Below, one piece after another: positions 21,686 through 34,884 of a stretch of DNA of 64,000 bases. Every line of letters starts with the position of its first letter. Position 1 is the stretch's first letter. Where the stretch lies: NCBI GenBank assembly GCA_964188305.1, contig OZ076896.1. The stretch is one strand, 5' to 3'. This DNA is from Podarcis bocagei. Lineage: Eukaryota. The notes beneath the pieces are model-generated. The model searched no databases. It was not told the DNA's origin and was given only the letters and a program-made list of their open reading frames with translations. The translations under genes were made by a program, and so were the position numbers.

Positions 21686-24600
21686 CCAGCCTGAGGACAG
21701 CAATCCATTCTGGGCAGCCTTCTGAGGGCCACATGCTAGAGGTCAATGGGGCCACAAGCAGTTGTGGGTAGAGAAGTGAATGGAGATTGTATTTTTATAC
21801 AGTACAGTAGGCTAGTTTCTTTACACTTGCCTCTCTATCCTCCATTCAGACTTGGAAGAGGCATTATCAGAGTTCAGGTTCATATTCCAGCCAGGAAAAA
21901 ACATTCAGGGAAGGTATGAAACAAGGCCAGTATAGGGTGTGTGACATGGGGAAAGTCCCAAGGGCCATACAAGGAAACCGGGAGGGCCACATTTGTCTTC
22001 CAGGCTTGAGGTTCCACACCCTTGAAGGATTGCCAGGTTCCACACTCAACCATGGAGTTTACTGGCTGACTTTGGGATAGTCATTATCTCCCAGGCTAAC
22101 ATACCTCACAGGGTTGTTGTGAGGATAAAATGGAAGAGGGAAGAGCCAAGTATGCTGCCTGGAAAATCCTTGAAGGTAAGGTGGTATGCAGATGTATTCA
22201 TTAATATTAATATGTGATTTCTTTAGTTTCCAATGGACAGTGGAGCCAAAGAGACAGAAATGAGCGCATTTGCACTACAAATTTAAACTGGTTTTGAAAT
22301 TGCTTAATCCTCATAGCCTTTACCCCACCTACCCTGAACTCTGTGAACCGTCATTTGGGAAGTTTGCTAATTGACAAAGAAAGAAAGAGAGAGAGAGAGA
22401 GAGATTTAAATCATGTAGGAGTTGCCATTCCTTCCTTAACAGATATTTCTTATCAACACACTTCCTCTTTCCAGTTAAATGTTAAGACCCTAAAGGGATA
22501 TGTATCAAAGGTTAAAAAAAAAAGGCAGTTGAGTATTCTACTTGTAAACTAGAGGAGAAATAAACAATGTTCACTAATCAGTCAAAGTTAATCACTTTAA
22601 ACACTGCAGCTATAAGCACACACTGCAAAGTATGTCCCAGTAAGGCATATCTTCTGAGTATACTGCCTTAAAATAAGACAGCAATTCCCATTGTTTTCAG
22701 TTAAATTCCGGCATTAACACTGACATTGAAATAAATGAGATATAAAAGTGTTTTAAGTTTGTATCTTGCCCAGTATCCTTCACATTGGTACATAGTTCGT
22801 TTCGCATTACTTAGATAACACAATAGCTGGCAGTGCCAAGAATAACAGACCTCAGAAGGAGATGTTAAACAAACATGGAAGAAGTCGCAGCAATTGCTCA
22901 CTAATGATATGTGACTGCAGGATATTGGCATTCCTTTCTGACATGCTCTCTCCCTTATATACTACCAGACAACGAAGCTAGTTGCAATATGTGCTAGGTA
23001 GGTAGGGAAATAAATGAATGTGGCAAACCCACATAATCTCTGTTGCTATCTTTTAGGCTGACTCTGCGCTATGCAGTTGGTGAGATGGGGCTGGGTTCAC
23101 CACAATCCTATATATTCGCAGCTCTTAATTTTTGCTTAGCCGATCTGATTCTTATTTTTCTGCAGGCCCATAAATTTGCACAGTGTCTGGTCACATGACA
23201 CAAAGATCAATATTACTTGAATTAAGGATTGTAATGTGTGGGGTGGGCAGGTAATTCTTTCTGTGGTAACATGGAATTTTCATACGGCTATAAACTTGGC
23301 TTCGGGTCATCAAAAACAACCCTGTTAAAACATCAAAGTACATTAAACCAGATGGAGAGAGACTTCTCAAGAATGAGGAGAAGGCGCCAAAGGGCTTTGC
23401 AGTGAAGATGGTTAAAAAATCATTAAGGATGCAGTGCTAAGACTGGGTAAGCAAGGCCTGACTCTGCAAGGTGCTGGGTTCGATCTACCGCAGCGCCTAA
23501 TGGATCAGGGCCTTTGGATGTTGCTGAGGGGAGCAGGGCCCGTAAGCGTCAGCCCAGCTCTGCAAGGCGTTGGGTGAAACCCACCCCAGCGCTAGCCGAG
23601 CGGGGTCATCTGGTGCTGCTGACTTGCACCTAGTAAATAACTTGTGTCTACTCAAAAGAAAGCCGCACTGAGTTCAGTGGGCCTTACTCCCAGGTAAGGG
23701 TGTGTGGGGCCACAGTGTTTTATCTAGGCAGCCAGGGCTCCTCCAGATGACAATATGTTTTTGCACCTAGTCAATGAGGACCACTTGCTTTTTAAATTTC
23801 TCCCATGTATACAGAACCCCCCATGCACCTTTTGGACTGTGTCTGTAGGTTTCCCCCTCTGTGTCAAATAACTGGGGTCAAATAAGTGTTGTTTACTTTT
23901 TATAATACATGGAAGATGGATCTCCCTCGGAAGTTTTTTGACTCTCCTTCCTTGAATGTTTTTTAGCAGAGGTTGGATGGCCATCTCTCAGGGATGTTTT
24001 AGCATTTCATTATGTCCCTGTCATTTTATGTAATTGTATTTTGTATAAATTATAAAAATTACAAATAAAACATGTTCTACTTACAAACAAAACATCCAAA
24101 TAGCTACCTTTCTACCAGCAGGATGGGGGCATGGGCATGGATGTAGTCAGGATTTTTGCTGGGGGGAAGGCTTTTGTTAGGGAGGGCAGAACCTCAGATT
24201 TGTATTGATTTTTACTTATGGGGGGGCAGTTGCCCCCTTGGCTACGCCCATGGGGGGCACAGGAAGGAAACAAGGTTGGAAGGGGGCCACAGTAGGAAAA
24301 ACGTTGGGAAGCACTGCTGTAGACTAGCTAGGGAATTAATTAACATTCCACTGGCTTTTGAAGATGCAGATGTTTACCCAAATGTTCCCTTGATCTCTCA
24401 ACCTGAGTCTCCTGTTTTAATTGCTGTGTTTGCTTTAATGGGATTGTTTTATCGCTTATTTAAAGCAGCGATGTTCCTATTCCAGTGCTATTAGGGGATT
24501 GTTTTCTTTTGTATTTTAATTATGGAGGTTTGTGTTTTAATGTGTGTGTAACTGGTTTTTCATACTCCGTTAAACTAATTAGAAGCCTGTTTTGTCATCA

Positions 24601-24837
24601 AGCTGCATATCCATTAATTTATTAATTCATTCATAATTAATAATGATTTAATTGGCTGAGTTCAGCTCTGAGCTGGATTTTGGGGCAACTCCCTAGATGC
24701 TGGGCGAAGGTGGGGCAGCCATCACAAGCTATCTAATCTATCCACTCAAGGCATTGTGCACACAAATGGAAGCCTAGGACCAATCTCGGATCCCCCTCCC
24801 CACCCCCGTGTTGAATTTATAAATGCCAGGGTTCTGA

Positions 24838-25780
24838 GATCATAGAATTTTAGAAATGGAAAGGACCCTGAGGGTCATCTAGTCCAACCAAGATGTCACA
24901 CATTAAAAACTTCCCTGAACAGGGCTGCCTTAAAATGTCTTCTGAATGTCAGGTGGTTGTTTATCTCTTTGACATCTGATGGGAGGGCATTCCACAGGGC
25001 GGGCGCCGCTACCGAGAAGGCCCTCTGCCTGGTTCCCTGTAGCTTTGCTTCTCGCAATGAGGGAACCACCAGAAGGCCCTCAGCGCTGGACCTCAGCGTC
25101 CGGGCAAAACGATGGGGGTGGAGACGCTCCTTCAGGTATACTGGCCTGAGGCCGTTTAGGGCTTTAAAGGTCAACACCAACACTTTGAATTGTGCTCAGA
25201 AACGTACTGGGAGCCAATGTAGTCTTTCAAGATCGGTGTTATGTGGTCTCGGTGGCCGCTCGCAGTCACCAGTCTATCTGCCGCATTCTGGATTAGTTGT
25301 AGTTTCCGGGTCACCTTCAAAGGTAGCCCCACGTAGAGCGCATTGCAGTGGTCCAAGCAGGAGATACCGTATTTTTTGCTCTATAATACTCACTTTTTCC
25401 CCTCCTAAAAAGTAAGGGGAAATGTGTGTGCGTCTTATGGAGCGAATGCAGGCTGCGCAGCTATCCCAGAAGCCAGAACAGCAAGAGGGATTGCTGCTTT
25501 CACTGCGCAGTGATCCCTCTTGCTGTTCTGGCTTCAGAGATTCAGAATATTTTTCTTCTTGTTTTCCTCCTCCAAAAACTAGGTGCATCTTGTGGTCTGG
25601 TGCGTCTTATGGAGCGAAAAATACGGTAACTAGAGCAATGCAGGAATCTCAACTAGATCATACATGACAGATGGCCATCCAACCTCTGGTTAAAAACCTC
25701 CAAGAAAGGAGAGTCCACCACGTCTCGTGAGAGTTTGTTCCATTACTGAACAGCTCTTACTGTCAGAAAGTTCTTCCTAG
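24838..25780 (-). mobile_element. CR1 3' fragment interrupted by an L2 fragment (24896-25640, - strand)
   Basis: CR1 tail atcatagaattttag...ctagtccaacc resumes as gcaatgcaggaatctc...ggccatccaacctc after the L2. The L2 is homologous to 10018-10500. Confidence 0.8.
25367..25626. mobile_element. Tc1/mariner (Tc2/pogo-like) MITE family C inserted in L2
   Basis: TIRs CCGTATTTTTTGCTCTATAA / TTATGGAGCGAAAAATACGG and TA TSD. Splits the L2 sequence ggagaTA|actagagc. Confidence 0.9.
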
Positions 25781-26710
25781 CAACTGTTATTCAGAAGCGA
25801 TGCTAGAGGCATAACATATGTAGTTATCAGGGTAGTGGCCTGGATTGGAAGCTATGACTGCATGCACTGATTCCTGAAAGCTGTTCCAGCTCTGATACTG
25901 AACTATTGCCATGTTTTCCTTAGCAAATCTTCCCTCAAAAATGGATACAGGCCAGTTGCACATATCTTTATAAAATTCAACATCTGAAAGCTTTTGTTCC
26001 TTGGATTCCTGGCTCATGCACAATCAGTTTGTAACTGGAGAAAAGAATGGTTAAAAGTGCTGTGCAGATCTTTTTCACGCCTATAAAAGGTGCCCCAAAT
26101 TAGCCTGAATTTAGTTAGCTTCCCTGGAGTCTCTGCAGACAATGACTAAGGCTCAGGCTTCCTTTCTCAGCAGTTGGATGGTGCAAGCGTTTCAAGGTTG
26201 CATTTGCCCGGCATCCTCCTTCCTTAAAGACATATGTCTGGTTGTGCAATTCAGACTTCCACTGTACAGTCTGATGGTATTAAGTGACAGATTGTTGAAA
26301 TTTATAGCTGAAACACACAGTTTAGAATTTCCGGTCTCATATTGCAATGCCTTTCTCCACACTCTTATCGTAATGGAGGGAAAAAAGAAACATTTGAGAG
26401 GATGGAAGAAAGAATAGTTTTTAAAAATAAGACAGACCAAACTGGGGAAAGGTTATGTGAATGTGAGGGATGATTGCAACAGGGATAATTACTCTCTTGA
26501 GATTGCATAAACTCCTCTGCTGAACTTTTATGCTAGTGGGCGGCCTTCCTGCAGCAGAAAGGCCACAAATGGCTCTGTCCTGTTGCCCTCCAGAACTTGC
26601 TGAACTGCAGCTCCCATCATACCTGGGCATGGGCCATGCTTGCAGAGGCTGATGGGAGTTGGAGTCCCACAACAACTAAAGGGCCACAAGGTGCCCACCA
26701 CTGGCTAGGC

Positions 26711-27273
26711 TGTTATGTACTGAAGTTCTCACCCTGGGCCAGCAGGGGGATACTGTAGATAGTTTTCACTCAGGTCCACATATGCAAATACAGTGGTACC
26801 TCGCAAGACGAATGCCTCGCAAGACGAAAAACGCGCAAGACGAAAGAGTTTTCCGTTTTTTGAGTCGTTCCGCAAGACGAATTTCCCTATGGGCTTGCTT
26901 CACAAGACGAAATGTCTTGCGAGTTCTTGCGAGTTTGTTTCCTTTTTCTTAAAGCCGCTAAGCCGTTAATAGCCGCTAAGCCGCTAATAGCCGCTAAGCC
27001 GCTAATAGCTGTGCTTCGCAAGACGAAAAAACCCCAAGACGAAGAGACTCGCGGAACGGATTAATTTCGTCTTGCGAGGCACCACTGTAAGGGATTGAAA
27101 GTGACATTCAGTGATTGGATAGTTACAGAAAATGGTTCCTGTTGCGTTCTAGTGGAGCTCTATATAAGCAGGTTGGCTGAACCCTTCAGTTCAGTTCAGT
27201 TCTGGCCTGTGAATAAACAAGAGCTGTTTGAAGAATTGCTGTGTTGTCTGATATGTTCACCCACAACTTAATA
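26711..27273 (+). mobile_element. Solo LTR (Gypsy-like) with a nested MITE
   Basis: TGTTA...TAATA termini (CA>TA at the 3' end), perfect 5-bp TSD TAGGC (26706-26710 and 27274-27278), TATA box ctatataa at ~27160 and AATAAA at ~27212. Confidence 0.88.
26791..27087. mobile_element. Tc1/mariner MITE family B
   Basis: TIRs CAGTGGTACCTCGCAAGACGAA / TTCGTCTTGCGAGGCACCACTG and TA TSD, with many internal CGCAAGACGAA copies. Confidence 0.92.
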
Positions 27274-28515
27274 TAGGCAATGGCAATATATGGCATGTCT
27301 GTAAAGGAGCCTTTGGCATAGAGTTAAATCTCATACTCTAGTGACATTATCTCGTACATGATTTTCTGCAGCCAGGGCAATAACGTATAAACCCATTCTC
27401 CTTTGAATTGTAATGATATTCTCCCAGACGTCTCCCACCTCACAAGAGAGGCCAGAGAAGACAGTGCCAATCACTCGAGATCTGGAGGGCCTAGAACAAG
27501 ACCACCAGTATGGGCCCCCATCCCTCCTTGCTGCAGGAGGCTTTTGTCAGTGGACCCCCTTTTGGCACATGGGCCCCTGGCTGATGACCAATCATGCCAA
27601 CCCTAGCGCCAACCTGTCTTGACAATTTGGCCCAGACCAATGTTTAAAACTGAGATTTTTCAGGTATTAGGTAGGTGCAAAAATGCATTATACAGGAATC
27701 CAGGCTCTTTGGACATTTGGCAATGACATCCAAGTTCTTTTCAATATCTGGAAGACTTGCCACAGCCAAGAATACTGGCTGGAAGACATGTGGTGGGAGG
27801 GAGAGACATGGAGGAGCCTTACATCATTGGTCCATGTAGCTCAGTTTTGTCTCCGCTGAGTGGTAATTGTAGCTCTGTGAGTGGTAAGCTACAGTTCCCA
27901 TGATTCTTTGGGAGACGCTTTAAATGCATGGTGCGCCTGTGAAGTAAAATGTGGATTAATTTGCTTTTGTACTATGTTATTCCCATAAAATGCAAATAAA
28001 CCTCATTTTCAATTAACTTTTTGTCTGCCTTCTCTGCTTCCAATAGCCACTTTTACCACATAAGCCATTTCCCATACTTAAACTAGCCATGAATCAGGAG
28101 ATGGTGGGATGGCCTTTTCCCATTTTTTGACACAGTCATAAAGAAGGGGAGGAATGGCATCCTTCCAAGGTCATTCTCTTTTGGGATCATTCCCCATGGC
28201 ATCAATTTAGAAGAATGGGAATTAGGCTTGGGTGGATATTAGGAAGGGGTGCTATATAGCAGGAGGAGTCTGTGTCATTCAGAATAATGGGCACTGTATA
28301 AAAAAAAAAAAAAAACTCAGCCATATCGAAACGCTTGACTACAATGAGTCAAAGAGAATAAACATACTGACTGTACAGAGTTCTAATGAATATTCAGCTA
28401 AGCAGAAGTCAGTCTTCAGTACAATGCCCAGATCAGCTCAGATATTAGGCTAGAGATCTAATAGGGAGGGTCGCAAAGACCCACGCATAAAAGGAACAAA
28501 AAGGAAATTAAAATA

Positions 28516-28757
28516 CAGTGGTACCTCGGGTTAAGAACTTAATTCATTCTGGAGGCCCGTTCTTAACCTGAAATTGTTCTTAACGTGAAGCACCACTTTA
28601 GGTAATGGGGCCTCCTGCTGCCGCTGCGCCGTCAGAGCACGATTTTTGTTCTTATCCTGAAGCAAAGTTATTAACCCGAGGTACTATTTCTGGGTTAGCG
28701 GAGTCTGTAACCTGAAGCGTCTGTAATCTGAAGCGTCTGTAACCCGAGGTACCACTG
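28516..28757. mobile_element. MITE family A
   Basis: Same TIRs and TA TSD as 19938, opposite orientation. Confidence 0.92.
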
Positions 28758-29032
28758 TAGATGTCTTTTGCACATTCGTCACAATAATACTTAGCATATA
28801 TGCAGCACTTCTGAGTGTTCAAAGCTAGCTCTTATGAATATGTTCCCCTGGACACTGGTTGTGGGAAACCACAGGAGGGAAGAGTACTGTTGCACTCAGG
28901 ACCTGCTTGCGGGCTTCCCACAGGCATCTGGTTGGCCACTGTGAGAACAGGATGCTGGACTAGATGGGCCACTGGGCTGTTCTTACATTCTTTCTTCATA
29001 TACATTGTCTTGTAACCTATGCAACACTCCTT

Positions 29033-29370
29033 TAAGGTAAAGGTAAAGTCCAGTCGCGAATGACTCTGGGGTTGCGGCGCTCATCTCGCTGTACTGGCTG
29101 AGGGAGCCGACGTTTGTCCACAGACAGTTTTTCCAGGTCATGTGGCCAGCATGACTAAGCCGCTTCTGGCAAAACCAGAGCAGCACATGGAAACACCGTT
29201 TACCTTCCCACCAGAGCGGTACCTATTTATCTACTTGCACTGGCGTGCTTTCAAACTGCTAGGTTGGCAGGAGCTGGGATCGAGCAACAGGAGCTCACCC
29301 TGTCACGGGGATTCGAACTGCCGACCTTCTGATCGGCAAGCCCTAGGCTCAGTGGTTTAGACCACAGCAT
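29033..29370 (-). mobile_element. Sauria SINE
   Basis: Homologous to the other Sauria copies, with an aaggtaaaggtaaag tail. Confidence 0.88.
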
Positions 29371-31235
29371 TGCAGATAGGAGGACTGAGGTTGCATGAAA
29401 AGCTCTGACTCACTCTTTTAAGATTATCATTTGGAGAAACAGCAGTGGGATGGAAATGCTGACCCCACTCTGATAACAGGTGCCTCACTGGACCCATCCC
29501 CCTTAACGTGCATGTGTCTAGCATGGGAATCTGCAAGGGGGCATGCAGCTACACGTGGAGCACATTTAGCTAGGCGTGTTTACATGTCTTCTCTTTGCAG
29601 ATGTTCATGGTCGATTTGTGGGCACTGAGGGCATGGCCTCAGCAGGGTGTGTATTTTGGGCACCAGGGCCAGCAAAGTTGGCTCACACCTTTTCCTCAAA
29701 CAGAAGTAAACAGGGATAGAAAAGCTGCTCTGAAGCCGCCTAGTAAGTTCGTGACAGATGTAAGATTTGAAGTGAGGACTTCCTTCCTCACAATTCACTC
29801 TCTTAACCACTACGCTACCTTTGATTCAGAAAGCGAAGATAGAATAGTTACTGAGTAAGTGAACTGGAGGCACAGGCACAGAGTTGTGCCCAACATTGCG
29901 GGGGTTGCATGTGACGACTGTTGCACCAGGAGAGGCTGACTAGGCCTCCTCCCAACATTTGTGTGCCAGGCTGTGTTGGTCGGCCCAGGGTGACTTCCTG
30001 TCAGGCTGCATGGCGTCCAAAGATGACAGAGTAACACCCCATCAGGCCATACAGTGTCCGGAGATGCGATGTCATGTCAGGGTGACATCCCACCAGGCCT
30101 CCTCTCCCTCCTCAAGATTGGGGGCGGGGAGGGTTGAGCCCTGTGTTATAGGACATGGTGTAGAGGCCTCAGCCCCATAGAGTTAGTGTGCTTGACTAGA
30201 GGAAAGTGAAGCTAACTCATATTACCCTTTGCTTTTATGAATGATGTAGGCCACAAGTTTAGCCCATGTGATGCCCTCCCATCACCCCTAGTCAGGATGG
30301 CCAGTGGTCAAGGCTGATGGGAGTTGCAGTCCAGCAATATCTGAAGGATATGGAAGGAACACTGAACGAATAAAGATTGGCTTGCATCACTTTTGACTCA
30401 CTGCACATCACAGTCTACTGGTATCACTGCAATGCATCATCGTTTTCCACTGTCGCACAGGTCACACAGATATATTTCATAGCAGCAACTTTAACACACG
30501 CACACACGTATGTTATGGCTTCAACACCAGCTGTGCTGTCTGCTGATGGGCTTCTCAGCCTCTTCTCAGGAATGTTTTTCTCACTCTTATCTTCAACACA
30601 AGCTCCAAGGTCTCACACAGACTGTTACTTTGGTTCATCAAAATTCCACAGCCTCACACGGAGTTGGACTTTTCCATTGCTGTATTCCATTTGGGCTTAG
30701 GAGGCCTAGATTAACAGAACCAATCACAATTGCATGACATCCTTTTAAAACCATGTGTAGCCATGTGGCCATCAAACATCAACAATAAAAACATCAGCAG
30801 TAAAAACAACACCATATATGTCACATATACACACTGGACTCCCTGAAAAAGGAATTATTAATTATCTTCTGTGTGAACAAGTTCTTCCTGTCATTGCATG
30901 TGTCACCACTAAACATGGTTAAATTGCTTCCTGAAAGGTGGGTTACCTATTCAGCACTGGCAATGCTTTCCGTAAAATGATCAGTGGCTACATTTGCAGC
31001 GCAGAGGTTGACTGACTCTGCAGAGAATGTTGCAGAGCAAATATAAGCAGCGCTGTGGTTCTGGGTTGTGGCCAGGCTGATGTCATTTCTGCTAAAGAAA
31101 ACAATGGAAGCTTAGAAACCGCCTGACGATAGCTGCACAGCCACAAAGACTGGGTGGCTGTGAGGAAAGGGAGACACATCATTGCAGCACTTAAATTGTG
31201 TGCTGAAATTTTCTACCATAAAAGGATCTCACGTA

Positions 31236-31487
31236 CAGTGGTGCCTCGCAAGACGAAAAGAATTCGTTCCGCGAGTCTTTTCGTCTTGCAATGTTTTTCG
31301 TCTTGCGAAGCACGGTCCGTCGCAACTGCGCCTCTTCAAGCGGCTTTAAAAAAAAGCGCAAGACATTTTCGTCTTGCGAAGGAAGCCCATAGGGAAATTC
31401 GTCTAGCAAAGCAACGCAAAACCGAAAAACCCTTTCGTCTAGCGAGTTTTTCGTCTTGCGAGGCATTCGTCTTGCGGGGCACCACTG
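31236..31487. mobile_element. MITE family B (related variant)
   Basis: CAGTGGTGCCTCGCAAGACGAA...TTCGTCTTGCGGGGCACCACTG with TA TSD. Opposite orientation to 26791. Confidence 0.92.
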
Positions 31488-32990
31488 TATATTAAAGATG
31501 TGCATCATTATTCATATATGTATTCATATATATTTGCATTAGTTTTCTGATCAAGTACAAATGGGAAAATTCTGTAACCTCTCACATCACATTCTGGGAT
31601 TCCCCCTGATACAATAATACAGAGACATGGGGCACATTCACATTTGAAACACATGACTTTCCCCAAAGAGTCATGGGAACTGTAGTTTGCTAAGGGTGCT
31701 GGGAATTGAATATTTGTGAGGGGAGACTGTAGTCCAAAACATCTGAAGGACACTGAGTTGTGGGAAATTTAAATGGTAGCTCCTAGACCCCCCTCTGGGA
31801 GCCACCTAGTATTGCAGGGGAAGCACTAGAAAAATGGCTAAATAATTCGAGGGTAGGCGTTATCTGTGGGACCTGCTAGTTTCTGACAGCTACTAAAGAT
31901 ACTATTAATGGCTACAGGCCACAGTGTCAGTGACTACTAGGCATGATGGCTCTGTTCTACCTCCCCATAGGCCTCTGACTACCAGTTGCTGGAAATCGAA
32001 AACGGGGAGAGTGTTGTTGCACTCAGGCCCTGCTAATGTTTTCCTACAGGTATCTGACTGGCCACAATGAGAACAAGATGTTCTTAAGGATAGCGCATGC
32101 TGATACTGGGCTTCCTAGTGAGCAGTCTAGAACTGTTTGTGCTAAGCCCTTAGACTAGAAAGGAATAGGTGCTTTCAACATCCCTCTCTTTGAAACTGAT
32201 AGGCAATAGGGAGCTTCTGGACTTCACAGGCCTTGTATAAATGCTATGAGGCCAACTTTTTTTGCTTTTTTGCTGGCCAAAAGGATAAGGCAGTCCTTAT
32301 CAGCTCTGCTGTATATTTCATGCTAAACAAAACACAGTTTTCTGCTTATTTATCAATAAAGAATTGTAGCAATGCCACAAAAATCCTTTTGTTTCCTTCC
32401 ATCCCAATATTTTCTGAATACAGTCATTTGTTCATGGATGATGATGATTCTCTGTAGAAACAGACTTGCTCTGCTTCAATTGCCCTTCAGTTCCAGGAAT
32501 CCTTCTCACAGCATAGCTGTGGCTGTCACTGCACAAACACTTTGAAAACGGGGAAAACATCTGACCAAAAAATGTAAAGTGCCTGTGGATTAAGTGCTGT
32601 TAAAAATCCATTTCCCCACTGCTGAGCTAGTTAACTGGAGCAGACAGGAAGCTCTTCCAAGCCTGAAATAATAAACAAAATAATAAAGAAGTAATAAGCG
32701 CTGCTGAGAAGGAATGTAAATAATTTGATTGTGCCAATTGTCATATAGGTGGAATGAAGTGAAAGGAAGAAAGAGATCACGGTGTCAAAGGGGGTTGCAA
32801 TCCTGAGCACAATTACATTCCTGAAATTCTGAAAATCCCAACAGGATTCCAACTTCATTTTCATTCATTCATTCATTTATTATATTTCTATGCTGCTTTT
32901 CACCCACGTCTCAAAATGTCTTACATACAATAAATAAGAACATCACAATTGCAACATAAATCATACAAAATAATTATCAAATCATCAGTA

Positions 32991-33216
32991 CAGTGGTACC
33001 TCGGGTTACATATGCTTCAGGTTACAGACTCCGCTAACCCAGAAATAGTGCTTCAGGTAAAGAACTTTGCTTCAGGATAAGAACAGAAATCGTGCTCCGG
33101 CGGTGTGGCAGCAGCAGGAGGCCCCATTAGCTAAAGTGGTGCTTCAGGTTAAGAACAGTTTCAGGTTAAGAATGGACCTCCAGAACGAATTAAGTACTTA
33201 ACCCGAGGTACCACTG
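32991..33216. mobile_element. MITE family A
   Basis: TIRs and TA TSD; uninterrupted copy. Confidence 0.92.
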
Positions 33217-33600
33217 TAAAACAGTCACTTTCTATAAAACACTATTAACAAAACAACTTTTTAAAAATAGCCTTAAACAGCACAACTACAAGAAAAGTCA
33301 TACTGTCAAACAACATGCAGGATTGTGGTCCAGGTTAGGACACTTCAAATGTTGGAAAGCTTTCGTTTTCAAAACTTGTCAGGATCTAATGGAGCTCATG
33401 TGCTGGTTGTGTGTTGCAACTACAACCCCATGTGCTTACCTTTAAAAGCAGCTTCAGAAATAGGCAGGCGACTCTCCAGTGTGGGATTCAATGTGATGCC
33501 AAGGAGTGCAGGCCAAAGGGGGTCATTCCCGCTTCCTCCACTCAAATGTTGGAAGATTCAGGACAGACAAAAGGAAGCATGGTATACAATTCACATGGTA

Positions 33601-33825
33601 CAGTGGTACCTCTAGTTACAAACTTAATTCGTTCCGGAGGTCCGTTCTTAACCTGAAACTGTTCTTAACTAGAGGCGTACTTTCGCTAATGGGACCTCTT
33701 GCTGCCGCTGCGCCAGCGGCACACGATTTCCGTTCTCATCCTGGGGCAAAGTTCTCAACTCGAGGTAACTCTTCTAGGTTAGCGGAGTTTGTAACCTGAG
33801 GCGTTTGTAACTCAAAGTACCACTG
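33601..33825. mobile_element. MITE family A (diverged subfamily)
   Basis: CAGTGGTACCTC...AAGTACCACTG with TA TSD. Inverted relative to 32991. Confidence 0.9.
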
Positions 33826-34450
33826 TATAGAGTTCTCTCGCATTAGAGGCAGTGATGGCCACCAATGTGGGTAGCTTTAAAAGAAAATTTGACACATTCA
33901 TGGAAGATAAGGCTATTCATAGCTCCTAACCTTGGAAGATATGTTCTACCCTCCATGGTTGGAGGCCATATATTTCTGAATGCTAGTTGCTGGAAACCAC
34001 ACAAGGGGAAAGTGCTGTTGTTCTCAGGTGCTGCTTTGGTGTTCCTAACCTTCTTGTAAGCTTCCTAGGTGTATGTCACGGCCACTGATGGGAAATGTGA
34101 AGAGGGCTCAAATAATGGACTGGGTCAGAGGTGGGAAACCTCAGGCCTAGAGACCCACCCACCCTTCTCTGTGTCTTCCATGGCTGGAATGTGTCCCTTG
34201 AACTGTGAAAATGCCTCTTGCTTTCTGGTGTGTGTGTGTGTGTAAGTAAACCTCTGGCTTTTTGTGGCTAGAATGTAGCATACTGAGGGCCTTCTTGGTA
34301 GTTGTGCCCTCCCTGTAGAACCCCCCCCCCCCATCAAGATGTCAAGGAGATAAAAAACTATGTGACTTTTAGAAGACATCTGAAGGCAGCCCTGTATAGT
34401 GAAGTTTTTAATGTTTGATGCATGCTTTACTGTGTAGTAGTTGTAGTAGT

Positions 34451-34818
34451 AGGGACATGGGTGGCGCTATGCATTAAACCACAGAGCCTAGGACTTGCCG
34501 ATCAGAAGGTCGGTGGTTCGAATCCCCGCGATGGGGTGAGCTCCCGTTGCTTGGTCCCTGCTCCTGCCCACCTAGCAGTTCGAAAGCACGGCAAAGTGCA
34601 AGTAGATAAATAGGTACCGCTCTGGTGGGAAGGTAAACGGCGTTTCCGTGCGCTGCTCTGGTTCGCCAGAAGCAGCTTAGTCATGCTGGCCACATGACCC
34701 AGAAGCTGTCTGCGGACAAACGCTGGCTCCCTTGGCCAATAAAGCGAGATGAGCGCCACAACCCCAGAGTCAGTCACGACTGGACCTAATGGTCAGGGGT
34801 CCCTTTACCTTTACCTTT
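34451..34818 (+). mobile_element. Sauria SINE, full length
   Basis: gggacatgggtggcgct head with GGTTCGAATCCC B-box and (ACCTTT)n tail. Flanked by a gttgtagtagt duplication. Confidence 0.92.
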
Positions 34819-34819
34819 A

Positions 34820-34831
34820 GTTGTAGTAGTA

Positions 34832-34884
<53 letters not shown>

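Noticed and set aside
23447-23622. Specific assignment as twister-sister ribozyme, SECIS, H/ACA snoRNA or tRNA
   Set aside because: Only partial resemblance (GCAAGG...TAAT loop; GGTTCGATC). The required junctions, boxes and arms are absent, so it is kept only as an unassigned structured element.
24136-24252. hAT-like MITE (CATGGATGTAGTC...GGCTACGCCCATG)
   Set aside because: The TIRs are plausible but no matching 8-bp TSD was found, so it is too weak to list as a feature.
26791-27087. CRISPR-like array of repeated CGCAAGACGAA motifs (also 31236-31487)
   Set aside because: The spacing is irregular, both orientations occur, and the block is bounded by TIRs and a TA TSD. It is a eukaryotic MITE with no cas genes.
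34451-34540. tRNA genes at SINE heads (also 11863, 21449)
   Set aside because: A/B boxes are present but there is no complete cloverleaf, and the sequence continues into SINE bodies.
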